From positions 130,987-194,986 of the forward strand of contig QPMI01000179.1 of NCBI GenBank assembly GCA_004431415.1: a DNA stretch of 64,000 bases, written 5' to 3'. Both the position numbers and the translations under genes were made by a program. The notes beneath the pieces were generated by a model. The model was not told the origin of the DNA and made no database searches. It saw nothing but the letters and a program-made list of their open reading frames with translations. This document shows, one piece after another, positions 34,121 to 46,700 of this stretch (position 1 is its first letter; each line of letters begins with the position of its first letter). The DNA is from Cyanophora paradoxa CCMP329 (taxonomy: Eukaryota > Plantae > Glaucophyta).

Positions 34121-37100
34121 GAGGAGCTGGAGACCGACCAGTTAATGGTTTGCGGAATTGGCACTTCTGGCACTGCTCCACATATCTCTTGACGTCTTCA
34201 GGCATTGTTCTCCAATAGTATTTCTTGCGAAGATCACCCAGAACCTTGTCAACTCCAAGGTGACCAGATAGAGGGTTGTCATGCGCCTCACGGATCAAAT
34301 CCAGCGACATAGAGGAAGGAATGACCACACGCATCATCCTGTGCGAAGGTGCAAAAAGGAGGATGCCATTCTTATCCAGCTTATAGAAATTAGAGATGTT
34401 GTTGACTTGATCATCAGTACTGGGATGGCCTTCCAACACGTTGATAATAGCCTTGCAGAAATTGTCAGAACGTTGAGCCTCAAACAGAACGGAAAATTTG
34501 TCATCATGCATTAGAATTTCCAAGCTCAAGATGTCTTTAAAGTCGTCCACATGTTCAACAGGGTACCTAGAAGGTCCATCTGCTCGATTTACAATTCCCT
34601 TTCTGTATTTGATGTCCAAATCGTACTGTTGAATAAGTGTTGCCCAACGTGCCAACTTTCTCTTGTCAGGCTTCAAGTTGAGAAGCCATTCGAGAGCTTT
34701 GCAATCCGTATACAATGTAGATTTTGGAGCTCCTTTGAAATAATGGTCCCACTTGTGAAGACAATCCACCACCGCTGCACATTCAGCTTCAGTAGCAGGC
34801 ATATTCTTTTCGGAATTTTTCCATTTTCTGCTGTAGAAATAAACTGGTTTGAGTACTCCATCATGCTCTTGCGATAGTATTCCGCCAATGCCTTTATCAC
34901 TAGCATCCGTTTCTAAAACGAAGGCTTTATTAAAATCTGGATAATGCAACATAGTTGCCGCTAACAAATCATTTTTGACTTTATCAAAAGCTGATTGGTG
35001 ATCTGAAGTCCAATGCCAACTGACATCCTTTTGAGTGAGATCATAAAGAATGGATGTGGTTTTTGAAAAATCCTTCACATTATCCCTGTAATAGTTGCAT
35101 ATTCCAAGAAAAGAACGCATACTGGAAGCATTTGTTGGCAGAGGAAACTCTTTGATGGCCCTGATCTTTTCAGGGTCGGGTCTTCTGCCATCCTTGCAGA
35201 CAATATGTCCCAAAAATTTGAGTTCCTTCTTGAAGAAATGACATTTAGAGGGTTTTAATTTAGCATTGTTCTTTCTTTGCCGGTTGAACACAAGTTGCAA
35301 ATCTCGACAATGAGCGTCGAACGACTTTGAGAAGGTAATCAAATCATCCACAAAAATCAGAACTGAAATCCACAAATAGTCATTAAACATTCCTTCCATT
35401 ATGCGCTGGAAGGTAGGAGGGGCATTGGTCAAGCCCATTGCCATAACATTCATCTGAAAAAGAAGAAGAAGAAGAAGAGTATGTATAAGACACGCCCAAG
35501 CCGGTTGTGCGGAAAAACATCTGAAAAAGACCAAAAGGAGTCTTGAAGGCTGTTTTCTCCTTATCTTCCGGCTTCATTTTGACCTGCCAGAAGCCTGATG
35601 CAAAATCCATGTTGGAAAAATACTCGTTGCCTTGCAGAGCATCAAGCATATCTTGAATTTTTGGAAGTGGGTAAACATCCCTTTTGGTGACAGCATTCAA
35701 CTGACAATAATCTGTAACGAGACGTTTCTCATCTGTGCCGTGCTTGGAAACAAAGAATGCAGGTGCAGCCCGAGGAGATTCACTGGGCTCTGCAATGTTC
35801 CTGCGAATGAGATCTTCCAGAGTGATTTTAAACAATTCACGGTCCTTAGGAGAGTAATTCATGTGTCGTGCATTGATAGGGTGAGCATTGCCAATATCAA
35901 TTGCATGATGTCCAGGCAAACACTTCAAAGGGTCAAATATAAACTTGTCTACAAACAGATCACAATTATTCTTCAATAGGGACTCCATCATCTGCCTCTG
36001 CTCCTTCGAATCACCAGAATGTCCAAAATCCAAGTCCTTCTTTATTTTCTCAAAATAGGATTTATCAAAGCTGGGATCGATAGTTGAAACTTCGTTTTTG
36101 TAAAACTTGTCCTTGGGCCAAACTTCCAGCTGCATCACATCAAACTCAACCAGGGACTGCCAATTGCCAACTTCCATCCTTGCTGGTAAAACAGCATCCT
36201 TGTCCCTCATGTTGTAAATAACTGCCCAACAACAACCATTATCCATTGTCTGGATTCCGGAAACTGCAAAGATTCCAGGCTCTAATTCTAAGCTGTCAAA
36301 TTGAACAATCCCATCACCATCAGGGGCATTGGAGGAAAGAACAACTTTAACTCCACATTCAGCAGGTATAGACACATCTTTGTTTAGTTTAAGGCGAGTA
36401 TTCGTGCCCAACTCTATTGGAACTTGCAAATTCTTGTCGATTTTTGATGTCACACACCCCTCAGAAAAGGACACATCAACTTGGTTCTTGATCAGATAGT
36501 CTCTTCCCAAAATAACATCATGGGCAAGCTTATCCACTACAACTACAGGTTCCGTCGTTTTCAAAGATCCAAGCTCCACGGTTACTTGCATTTTACCAAC
36601 TGCTTCTACAACATTGTTGTTGAATCCTTTAAGTTTGGGCACAGTGGCATCAGAGAGCAGTGCTGGTTTCTCTGAGGCTTGATTTAACAAACTCGTTGTA
36701 GCTAGCGAGACATCAGCTCCAGAATCCAGCAGTGCTTTAGTCCTCACACCTTGGATGGAGATTGGAACTGTGCCTTCCCTTGGGCGAAGTTGTATGAGCT
36801 GCTGCTTTGTGTACACTCTTTTTTTCCTAACCAAGTACCCAGAGTTGGTTTCATTAGACACATTTTCCTCAACATCTTCCTGGACATTATTTACCTGGCG
36901 GGCAGGACGCTGATTTACAATCTGGGGGCGATAAGAACCTCTCTGCTGAAACCTGCCTCGATTGGGTCCAGAATAACCACGAGATCCATAATAAGGTGTC
37001 CGAGGTGGCGCCCCAGGTCTATTTTGACACTGATCCGGATCGTGCCAGGAGAACAAATCCAGAAACCGTCCACAATGTGGGCATCCAGGCCGTGACCCAG

Positions 37101-37924
37101 CAGATCCAGAAGGCACATTTCCAATGTTAATTCCTACATTTCCAACATTTCCCAGCCGATTTGTTGCATTCGCAGCTGAAGTTGACATAGCATTTCCAAC
37201 AGCTGACACTCCCACCTGTTGCACATTTGATTGGCTAAACACCAACGGAACACTTTTCGCATTCTCTGCTTTCTCCCGACATTTAAGAAAATCATCGACG
37301 GTCTTAATATCACCATTCCAGATGTAAAAACCAAAGTACGTGCACCCACGCTCAACCAAAATTCCATTAACTTTGGAAACTTTGTTGCTGTCGTCAGGAG
37401 CTTTGGAAACTTTGGAAACTTTTAACTTTGGAAACTTTGGGGCCATCGTCAACTTCCATTAACTTTGGAAACTTTGGGGCCAAGCCTTAGGAGCCGTCAG
37501 GGCAGCCCGAGCCAGGAAGACTCGCACATCGAATTCATTAGTGGGCGCATTTCGTGGATTGTAAGTCTCAAGTTCCTTGCGGTAATCAAATTCACTAAAA
37601 TCAAACTGCGCCTTTATTTCGCGCAAAAGTGTCGCAATAAAATTCTTCGCGCCTTCGTCGGCCTCTTCTGGTTCAATTTCAACGATGGGATCCGTCCTGA
37701 TGAGACGGTTTCCAGTCCTATGCCACAGTACAGCTTGGGATTTGGAATCGGACGCAATGATTGAGTTATTATTTCTTAAAAGATAGGATCGGTTTTTAAC
37801 ACCGATGCTACCAACTGCAAGCGCAAGGGCTTATGCAGTGGTAGACTTTGTTTTTGTATTATAAGAACCCAAGATTAACAACCCCCTACACCTTAACAGC
37901 ACTAGTAGTAGCGGGGGGCTATCA
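34121..37924 (-). mobile_element. 3'-truncated Ty3/gypsy element (family 2): 5' LTR 37816-37924 (109 bp), PBS 37802-37813, rearranged gag, PR, RT, RH, integrase Zn domain
   Basis: Minus strand reads tgatagcccccc...gcttgca-gt-tggtagcatcgg; ALLDSGAD, LIFVDD, AHDNPLSGHLG..CQKC. RT is frameshifted by a net 67-bp insertion. The LTR abuts satellite A. Confidence 0.95.
35464..35517 (-). mobile_element. 54-bp 5'-truncated retroposon insertion with (CTT)n tail and 13-bp TSD (catctgaaaaaga)
   Basis: TSD at 35451-35463 and 35518-35530; empty site visible at ~23732; shares gaagaagagtatgtataagaca with 19475-19501. Confidence 0.85.
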
Positions 37925-38085
37925 CTGCAACACCCCAGGGCTCCCTGCCCACTGATTTGTATGGATGGGGACCCCTGTGAATTTTTGGGGGACAACAGGG
38001 GGAGCACTGACCCCAAACAAGAACCCCCAAAGCGGCACCCATTTGCATAATTCAAACCTGACAGAGTGCTCTGAAGCACCCCAGT
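37925..38085 (-). repeat. Satellite A monomer
   Basis: caccccagggctccctgcccactg...cctgacagagtgctctgaagcacccc. Confidence 0.92.
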
Positions 38086-38236
38086 GCTAACATACATATT
38101 TTCCGCCATACAATACAAATCCTTAAGACTGTTCAGAGGCTGTGCTATGCACAAATGACATGCTGGTGAAAGGGGCCCACTATTGCCCGGCGAGGTACAA
38201 GCATGTTTTCAGTGCTTGCCACTATCAAAATCAAAT

Positions 38237-38480
38237 CTAGATCCCTTGAAATACCCCAGGCGCCTCCACCCGGCCCGGCAAGCCGCGCCGCCCCCCGAGG
38301 AGGATGTAGTCGCCCTTCTTGACGCGGCTGAGCATCACGTAGAGCTGGTGCCGGTGGTTGTAGCTGGCGATCATGCCCTTCAGGTCGCCGATTGCGCGCA
38401 GGAGCGTGTGTCCCTGCGCCTTGTAGACCGTTGAGGGGAACGCAAGCCTGAAGGGCGGGCCCTTGCGCTCGTTGTTTGCG
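38237..38480 (-). pseudogene. PIF1-family helicase C-terminal fragment (Helitron-like)
   Basis: PPFRLAFPSTVYKAQGHTL...HQLYVMLSRVK matches PIF1 motifs V and VI. Confidence 0.8.
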
Positions 38481-38794
38481 TGCACGGATGTCTGCTTCTT
38501 GAAGCTGTTCTCGTCGAGATCTGGGGAAATATTTCAGCGTCTGAGGCAGGAGAGGTCCAAACGCAGTGGTCCAAACGCATCAGCGTGACCAGGTCGACGC
38601 TCCACAGGTCCGAAAGTGTCCCGTAGTACACTATGTGTTCACACGCTGATGTACCAGGACAAGTTCCTGGACACCACACTGTATTTCCACCCAACACACC
38701 AACTGAGGGGCAAGCCCCCATACATCAGACTAGGCTAGGGTACATCAGGGGGTACTATGACACACTGACTTAGGCGAACTATGCTTCAGCTCAA

Positions 38795-39004
38795 CTCGCT
38801 CTGTAGTAAGAAAAGGCGACGTCCTCGCTCGCCAATAAGTAAAGAAAGAAACTACTCGTTCCAAGGCGCCATCCGGGAGGCATAAACCATAATGCGAGAT
38901 TTCAATTTAGGCGCATCGCCAGCCTTAGGTCCAGCATACTCCACAAGGAAAGTAACACCTTTTCCATGAGAAACTTCTTTCAATATAATCCAAGGTCCAA
39001 AGCA
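38795..39004 (-). pseudogene. Gypsy integrase C-terminus plus 3' UTR, flanked by an 18-bp direct repeat
   Basis: FGPWIILKEVSHGKGVTFLVEY...VYASRMAPWNE*; aactatgcttcagctcaa at 38777-38794 and 39005-39022. Confidence 0.75.
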
Positions 39005-39842
39005 AACTATGCTTCAGCTCAAAAGCTTTGTGTGGGAGGCAAACCGCTGGTCAGCTGCAGGATTCAGAACGGATCAGTCTGGAAGCGGCAACAGACACAA
39101 TGGATCTGCACACGCTTCGCTCACATCACACCCACGCACTGTGGGAGTCGAAGCTTCGCGCGGGGGCACGCGAACGGCGGCCAATGCTGCAGCTGCGCAT
39201 CCTGTCAACTTGGCTGTGGGGCGCCCCGAACTGTTCCTGCGCACCCACGTGAGCCACGATGTGGATAAAAAGCCCTTCTAGCGAGGGAAAGATGCACCGC
39301 GCGGCCCCGGGGCCTTCGCAGCTTTGCAGCGGAGAACTGCTGAGCGAGCGAGCTCGGCGCTCCGTCGAGACAGAATCAGGGCGGGAGCACGATGCCAGAT
39401 GAACAGCGGGGTTGCTGGCCGCTGCATCCAGGCGAACTGGGAGTCTCCGGCGGGCAGCGAGCTGCGCAACCCGCCCGCCTCATGATCAGCCACGGGCGTC
39501 AAGCAAGCAGTTCCTGCACACTGCGGCACCTGGGTGGGCCGCAATCTGTGCAGAAGGTCTGCGAGCACAGGCCGGCGCCGGAGCGACGCTCTACGGCGGC
39601 TACCGCGACCCGCGTCGCATCGCAAGGCCTGCCGCGTCGTACAACTTTCCACAGTCGACGCTGCTCAGGCTTCCGACTCTTGAGCTACATGCTACTAGCA
39701 TCCGCGGAGGCCGCATGCACAGGCCCGACTGCTGCAAGGAGCCTGCCTGTGCCTGCCACCCTACGACGAGCCGCGCGGACACGTTCGAGCTAGCCGTGTG
39801 TAGCGCTAGCTATAGCTAGCCGCAGCATGGAGCCTTCAGCTC

Positions 39843-40156
39843 CGATCTCCCTGTCTCTGCGCAGGCCGCCGCGCTCGTCAGTCGAAGCGGCCGGCGGCTG
39901 CATCGAGTTGGCGTCCCCGTGAGCCTCCCGGCCTGCCCCCGCTCCCAACGCCCCCCACTGACTGGCGCCCTTTAGGCCTCCCGTCGTCCCTAGCCTCGTC
40001 AGCTTGCCCACCCGCCCCCCCCTCCCGCCCCCCGCTGATCTCCCTGTGTATGTGCAGGCTGCCGCGCTCGTCAGTCAAAGCGGGCGGCACCTGCATCGAG
40101 TCGTCGTCCCTGTGAGCCTCCTGGCGCATCCCCGCCCCCTGCACCCCCCGCTGACT
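39843..40156 (+). repeat. GC-rich diverged tandem duplication (~194-bp period, ~1.6 copies)
   Basis: gatctccctgt..gcaggc.gccgcgctcgtcagtc.aagcgg..ctgcatcgagt..ctgactgg at ~39844 and ~40037. Confidence 0.75.
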
Positions 40157-40305
40157 GGGTTCTTGTTTGGGGTCAGTGCTCCCCCTGTTGCCCCGTCCGA
40201 ATTTCACAGGCGTCCCCTCCGCACAAAGCAGTGGGTAGGAAGCCCTAGGGGGTTCAGAGCACTGTGTCCAGTTGGCATGAGGAGAATGGGTGTCGTTATT
40301 TCTAG
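40157..40305 (+). repeat. Satellite A monomer
   Basis: gggttcttgtttggggtcagtgctccccctgttg...gagaatgggtgtcgttatttctag. Confidence 0.92.
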
Positions 40306-40772
40306 TACACAGTTGTAGGAATCAGCTTAATCGACTCAGCTGCTCAGCCTATGCGGCGTCGGCACGGCGGTGGCGTGCCGCGGGCGGCAGCTGCGGCGAC
40401 TCAACAAGCACTTGTGCAAGGCCATCACGTGCGTGATTCCAAGTAGGGCTTACCGAGCTGCTCACTGAAGTGCAGGTCGTAGTGCTCAGCCGCAAGTGTT
40501 GTAAATTGATCCGAATCAAACGGGTCTACCTGTGATCAGAGCAACGCCCTACTCTGCCGATGTCGTTTAAACGAGAGTGCGTATTGATAGCTTTGCCCTC
40601 TCGTAGCGTACGTGCGCTTGGCCTGAACGCCAGTCCGCCATAGGTTGAGCTCGAGCAGCTCCGAGTTGCCGAAGATGTCAAGGGGACCCCCCGCTGTGGC
40701 CGTGGCTACCGTCCACGATGTCTCCTTCGCTGGACTGAGCTCCTTCGCTGGACTGAGCTCCCGTAGCCTCGG

Positions 40773-43700
40773 TTGTCCCAACAGAACGGCTCGGTATGAC
40801 CTCTCTGCTTACAGTGAGAACACACTCATGGTTGCGAAGAAGAAGCTGAATTAGAAGCTGCATTTGGGCCTCTTCAAACAAAAGAAAAATTCTTCGTTCT
40901 TGATAATATGTCTCATGATGTGATACTTGGCCGTGATTACTGTGTGAAAAATTCCATTGATATTTCTCACTCCACTGGATTAGTCTCATCAACCAGGCAT
41001 CCTGAATTGGCTGTTCCGCTCTCCTTGCACGAAAGTTGTACTCGTCTTTCAGTCTCTGAAACCACAACTATTCCGGCTAATACTGGAGTTAACATTCAGC
41101 TCTCGAATCCAACCATTTGTGGAAGTGGTTGTATTATATTCGATTCTTCCTATTTGCATGATAAAGAACTGTATGGAATTAATGGAACGAATGTGGTCTG
41201 CGATGGCAAAGTCAGGGCTGTGATTTTTGTGATTGTAAATTGCACTACCACTTGCAAGGGTCATATTCCCTTGCAAAGTGGTAGCATCGGGAGGTTTTTC
41301 AAAGTGAGACTGCACAGTGGCCGCATTGTGGGGGTGCCGGGTGACCTGGATATTGAGGAAGATATTGAAATACTTATTGACGAAATCGCCAACATGGGCG
41401 ACAACTTTGTGAAAATGAGGAACAGAAGGAAGTTTATTGGCATGCTCAAAAAAGAAGTTGAAAACTACAAATTCACTGGTGACTTTTTTGGTGCTGACAA
41501 TCTTGTTAGTGTAGATGAGCTATGAATGAAATTATACAATGTAGTTTTTCGCGAAGCACCCGACCTGACAGAGGGTGAAAAATTCAGTATTTTGCTCGCG
41601 CCTACCTTTATAAGGGGCAGCTTATGAGTTTCTTTGTCAGATTGATTTTCCCAATCCCATTCCGGCTACTTTTGTCGATACTATTTTTGCAAGACTGAAG
41701 GAACGTTTCAACCCTCCAAAAACCGAGGCTAGAGAAATTTTCAACAGCTTGACCCCTTGGTCCCAGAATTACAAGTCATGCAACATCAATGGGTACTTAG
41801 ACAAGTCTATTAAAATTGTGAAATTCGCCCAACTAGGTGAACTGGAATGCAATCATGTTGAGAGTATCTTGAAGCAGTTGACTTCCACCCGTTACAAGTA
41901 TTTCAATCATCTCGGAATTGCCACGCTTGCTGACTTCAGACAAAAGGTTAGCGATGCAGAAAGGCTACGCGAGATCGATCCTCCTTTTTTTCGAATGACT
42001 GGATCAGCATCAATAGGCGGAAATAATTCTAGAACCTTGGAGAGGGTTCCTCCAGTGAAACCAAATCCAGCTTCTAATTCAATTTTCACGAAGTTCAGGG
42101 TACTTGTCCCAACAGAACGGCTCGGTATGACCTCTCTGTTTACAGTGAGAACACACTCATGGTCGCGAAGAAGAAGCTGAATTAGAAGCTGCATTTGGGC
42201 CTCTTCAAACAAAAGAAAAATTCTTCGTTCTTGATAATATGTCTCATGATGTGATACTTGGCCGTGATTACTGTGTGAAAAATTCCATTGATATTTCTCA
42301 CTCCACTGGATTAGTCTCATCAACCAAGCATCCTGAATTGGCTGTTCCGCTCTCCTTGCACGAAAGTTGTACTCGTCTTGCAGTCTCTGAAACCACAACT
42401 ATTCCGGCTAATACTGGAGTTAACATTCAGCTCTCGAATCCAACCATTTGTGGAAGTGGTTGTATTATATTCGATTCTTCCTATTTGCATGATAAAGAAC
42501 TGTATGGAATTAATGGAACGAATGTGGTCTGCGATGGCAAAGTCTGGGCTGTGATTTTTCGTGCTGTGTTTTTGTTGTAAATTGCACTACCACTTGCAAG
42601 GGTCATATTCCCTTGCAAAGTGGTAGCATCGGGAGGTTTTTCAAAGTGAGACTGCACAGTGGCCGCATTGTGGGGGTGCCGGGTGACCTGGATATTGAGG
42701 AAGATATTGAAATACTTATTGACGAAATCGCCAACATGGGCGACAACTTTGTGAAAATGATGAACAGAAGGAAGTTTATTGGCATGCTCAAAAAAGAAGT
42801 TGAAAACTACAAATTCACTGGTGACTTTTTTGGTGCTGACAATCTTGTTAGTGTAGATGAGCTATGAATGAAATTATACAATGTAGTTTTTCGCGAAGCA
42901 CCCGACCTGACAGAGGGTGAAAAATTCAGTATTTTGCTCGCGCCTACCTTTATAAGGGGCAGCTTATGAGTTTCTTTGTCAGATTGATTTTCCCAATCCC
43001 ATTCCGGCTAATTTTGTCGATACTATTTTTGCAAGACTGAAGGAACGTTTCAACCCTCCAAAAACCGAGGCTAGAGAAATTTTCAACAGCTTGACCCCTT
43101 GGTCCCAGAATTACAAGTCATGCAACATCAATGGGTACTTAGACAAGTCTATTAAAATTGTGAAATTCGCCCAACCAGGTGAACTGGAATGCAATCATGT
43201 TGAGAGTATCTTGAAGCAGTTGACTTCCACCCGTTACAAGTATTTCAATCATCTCGGAATTGCCACGCTTGCTGACTTCAGACAAAAGGTTAGCGATGCA
43301 GAAAGGCTACGCAAGATCGATCCTCCTTTTTTTCGAATGACTGGATCAGCATCAATAGGCGGAAATAATTCTAGAACCTTGGAGAGGGTTCCTCCAGTGA
43401 AACCAAATCCAGCTTCTAATTCAATTTTCACGAAGTTCAGGGTACTTGTCCCAACAGAACGGCTCGGTATGACCTCTCTGTTTACAGTGAGAACACACTC
43501 ATGGTTGCGAAGAAGAAGCTGAATTAGAAGCTGCATTTGGGCCTCTTCAAACAAAAGAAAAATTCTTCGTTCTTGATAATATGTCTCATGATGTGATACT
43601 TGGCCGTGATTACTGTGTGAAAAATTCCATTGATATTTCTCACTCCACTGGATTAGTCTCATCAACCAAGCATCCTGAATTGGCTGTTCCGCTCTCCTTG

Positions 43701-46700
43701 CACGAAAGTTGTACTCGTCTTGCAGTCTCTGAAACCACATTTATTCCGGCTAATACTGGAGTTAACATTCAGCTCTCGAATCCAACCATTTGTGGAAGTG
43801 GTTGTATTATATTCGATTCTTCCTATTTGCATGATAAAGAACTGTATGGAATTAATGGAACGAATGTGGTCTGCGATGGCAAAGTCTGGGCTGTGATTTT
43901 TCGTGCTGTGTTTTTGTTGTAAATTGCACTACCACTTGCAAGGGTCATATTCCCTTGCAAAGTGGTAGCATCGGGAGGTTTTTCAAAGTGAGACTGCACA
44001 GTGGCCGCATTGTGGGGGTGCCGGGTGACCTGGATATTGAGGAAGATATTGAAATACTTATTGACGAAATCGCCAACATGGGCGACAACTTTGTGAAAAT
44101 GATGAACAGAAGGAAGTTTATTGGCATGCTCAAAAAAGAAGTTGAAAACTACAAATTCACTGGTGACTTTTTTGGTGCTGACAATCTTGTTAGTGTAGAT
44201 GAGCTATGAATGAAATTATACAATGTAGTTTTTCGCGAAGCACCCGACCTGACAGAGGGTGAAAAATTCAGTATTTTGCTCGCGCCTACCTTTATAAGGG
44301 GCAGCTTATGAGTTTCTTTGTCAGATTGATTTTCCCAATCCCTTTCCGGCTAATTTTGTCGATACTATTTTTGCAAGACTGAAGGAACGTTTCAACCCTC
44401 CAAAAACCGAGGCTAGAGAAATTTTCAACAGCTTGACCCCTTGGTCCCAGAATTACAAGTCATGCAACATCAATGGGTACTTAGACAAGTCTATTAAAAT
44501 TGTGAAATTCGCCCAACCAGGTGAACTGGAATGCAATCATGTTGAGAGTATCTTGAAGCAGTTGACTTCCACCCGTTACAAGTATTTCAATCATCTCGGA
44601 ATTGCCACGCTTGCTGACTTCAGACAAAAGGTTAGCGATGCAGAAAGGCTACGCGAGATCGATCCTCCTTTTTTTCGAATGACTGGATCAGCATCAATAG
44701 GCGGAAATAATTCTAGAACCTTGGAGAGGGTTCCTCCAGTGAAACCAAATCCAGCTTCTAATTCAATTTTCACGAAGTTCAGGGTACTTGTCCCAACAGA
44801 ACGGCTCAGTATGACCTCTCTGTTTACAGTGAGAACACACTCGTGGTCCCGAAGAAGAAGCTGAATTAGAAGCTGCATTTGGGCCTCTTCAAACAAAAGA
44901 AAAATTCTTCGTTCTTGATAATATGTCTCATGATGTGATACTTGGCTGTGATTACTGTGTGAAAAATTCCATTGATATTTCTCACTCCACTGGATTAGTC
45001 TCATCAACCAAGCATCCTGAATTGGCTGTTCCGCTCTCCTTGCACGAAAGTTGTACTCGTCTTGCAGTCTCTGAAACCACAACTATTCCGGCTAATACTG
45101 GAGTTAACATTCAGCTCTCGAATCCAACCATTTGTGGAAGTGGTTGTATTATATTCGATTCTTCCTATTTGCATGATAAAGAACTGTATGGAATTAATGG
45201 AACGAATGTGGTCTGCGATGGCAAAGTCTGGGCTGTGATTTTTGTGATTGTAAATTGCACTACCACTTGCAAGGGTCATATTCCCTTGCAAAGTGGTAGC
45301 ATCGGGAGGTTTTTCAAAGTGAGACTGCACAGTGGCCGCATTGTGGGGGTGCCGGGTGACCTGGATATTGAGGAAGATATTGAAATACTTATTGACGAAA
45401 TCGCCAACATGGGCGACAACTTTGTGAAAATGATGAACAGAAGGAAGTTTATTGGCATGCTCAAAAAAGAAGTTGAAAACTACAAATTCACTGGTGACTT
45501 TTTTGGTGCTGACAATCTTGTTAGTGTAGATGAGCTATGAATGAAATTATACAATGTAGTTTTTCGCGAAGCACCCGACCTGACAGAGGGTGAAAAATTC
45601 AGTATTTTGCTCGCGCCTACCTTTATAAGGGGCAGCTTATGAGTTTCTTTGTCAGATTGATTTTCCCAATCCCATTCCGGCTAATTTTGTCGATACTATT
45701 TTTGCAAGACTGAAGGAACGTTTCAACCCTCCAAAAACCGAGGCTACAGAAATTTTCAACAGCTTGACCCCTTGGTCCCAGAATTACAAGTCATGCAACA
45801 TCAATGGGTACTTAGACAAGTCTATTAAAATTGTGAAATTCGCCCAACCAGGTGAACTGGAATGCAAGCATGTCGAGAGTATCTTGAAGCAGTTGACTTC
45901 CACCCGTTACAAGTATTTCAATCATCTCGGAATTGCCACGCTTGCTGTGCTCTGATAGGGTGATAGCACTCCCGCGGGGGGCTGTGCATTTTGTTTTCCC
46001 TTTGGAATGAACCCAAATTGGATGCAAGTAACGAAACATTTCTCCCTGATCGCTACGCAGGCATCCAATTGTAGTCAACTAGTGTGTACGGTCGGCCAGG
46101 GCGAAATCGGCCGGCAAAGAGCCCCCGGCCGTCAAACAGCCCCCGGCTGGCGCGGATTGCAGGAATTGCCTCTGTACAATGTTCGCCAAAAAAAATCGTG
46201 CACAAGTGATTGCAATCGGTATAGTAACGCTTCTCATAACAATGTACAGCAACCGCTGCTTGCGCACAACAGACGATCTCCACGAATCATTTCTGGCGCA
46301 CGCCCGTTCTGCTGTTCACTCCCTCCGAATGCGGAAGCACGGCAAAAATTCCATTGATATTTCTCACTCCACTGGATTAGTCTCATCAACCAAGCATCCT
46401 GAATTGGCTGTTCCGCTCTCCTTGCACGAAAGTTGTACTCGTCTTGCAGTCTCTGAAACCACATTTATTCCGGCTAATACTGGAGTTAACATTCAGCTCT
46501 CGAATCCAACCATTTGTGGAAGTGGTTGTATTATATTCGATTCTTCCTATTTGCATGATAAAGAACTGTATGGAATTAATGGAACGAATGTGGTCTGCGA
46601 TGGCAAAGTCTGGGCTGTGATTTTTCGTGCTGTGTTTTTGTTGTAAATTGCACTACCACTTGCAAGGGTCATATTCCCTTGCAAAGTGGTAGCATCGGGA

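Noticed and set aside
39278-39819. GC-rich overlapping ORFs as a gene
   Set aside because: No recognisable motif; open frames are expected at this GC content.
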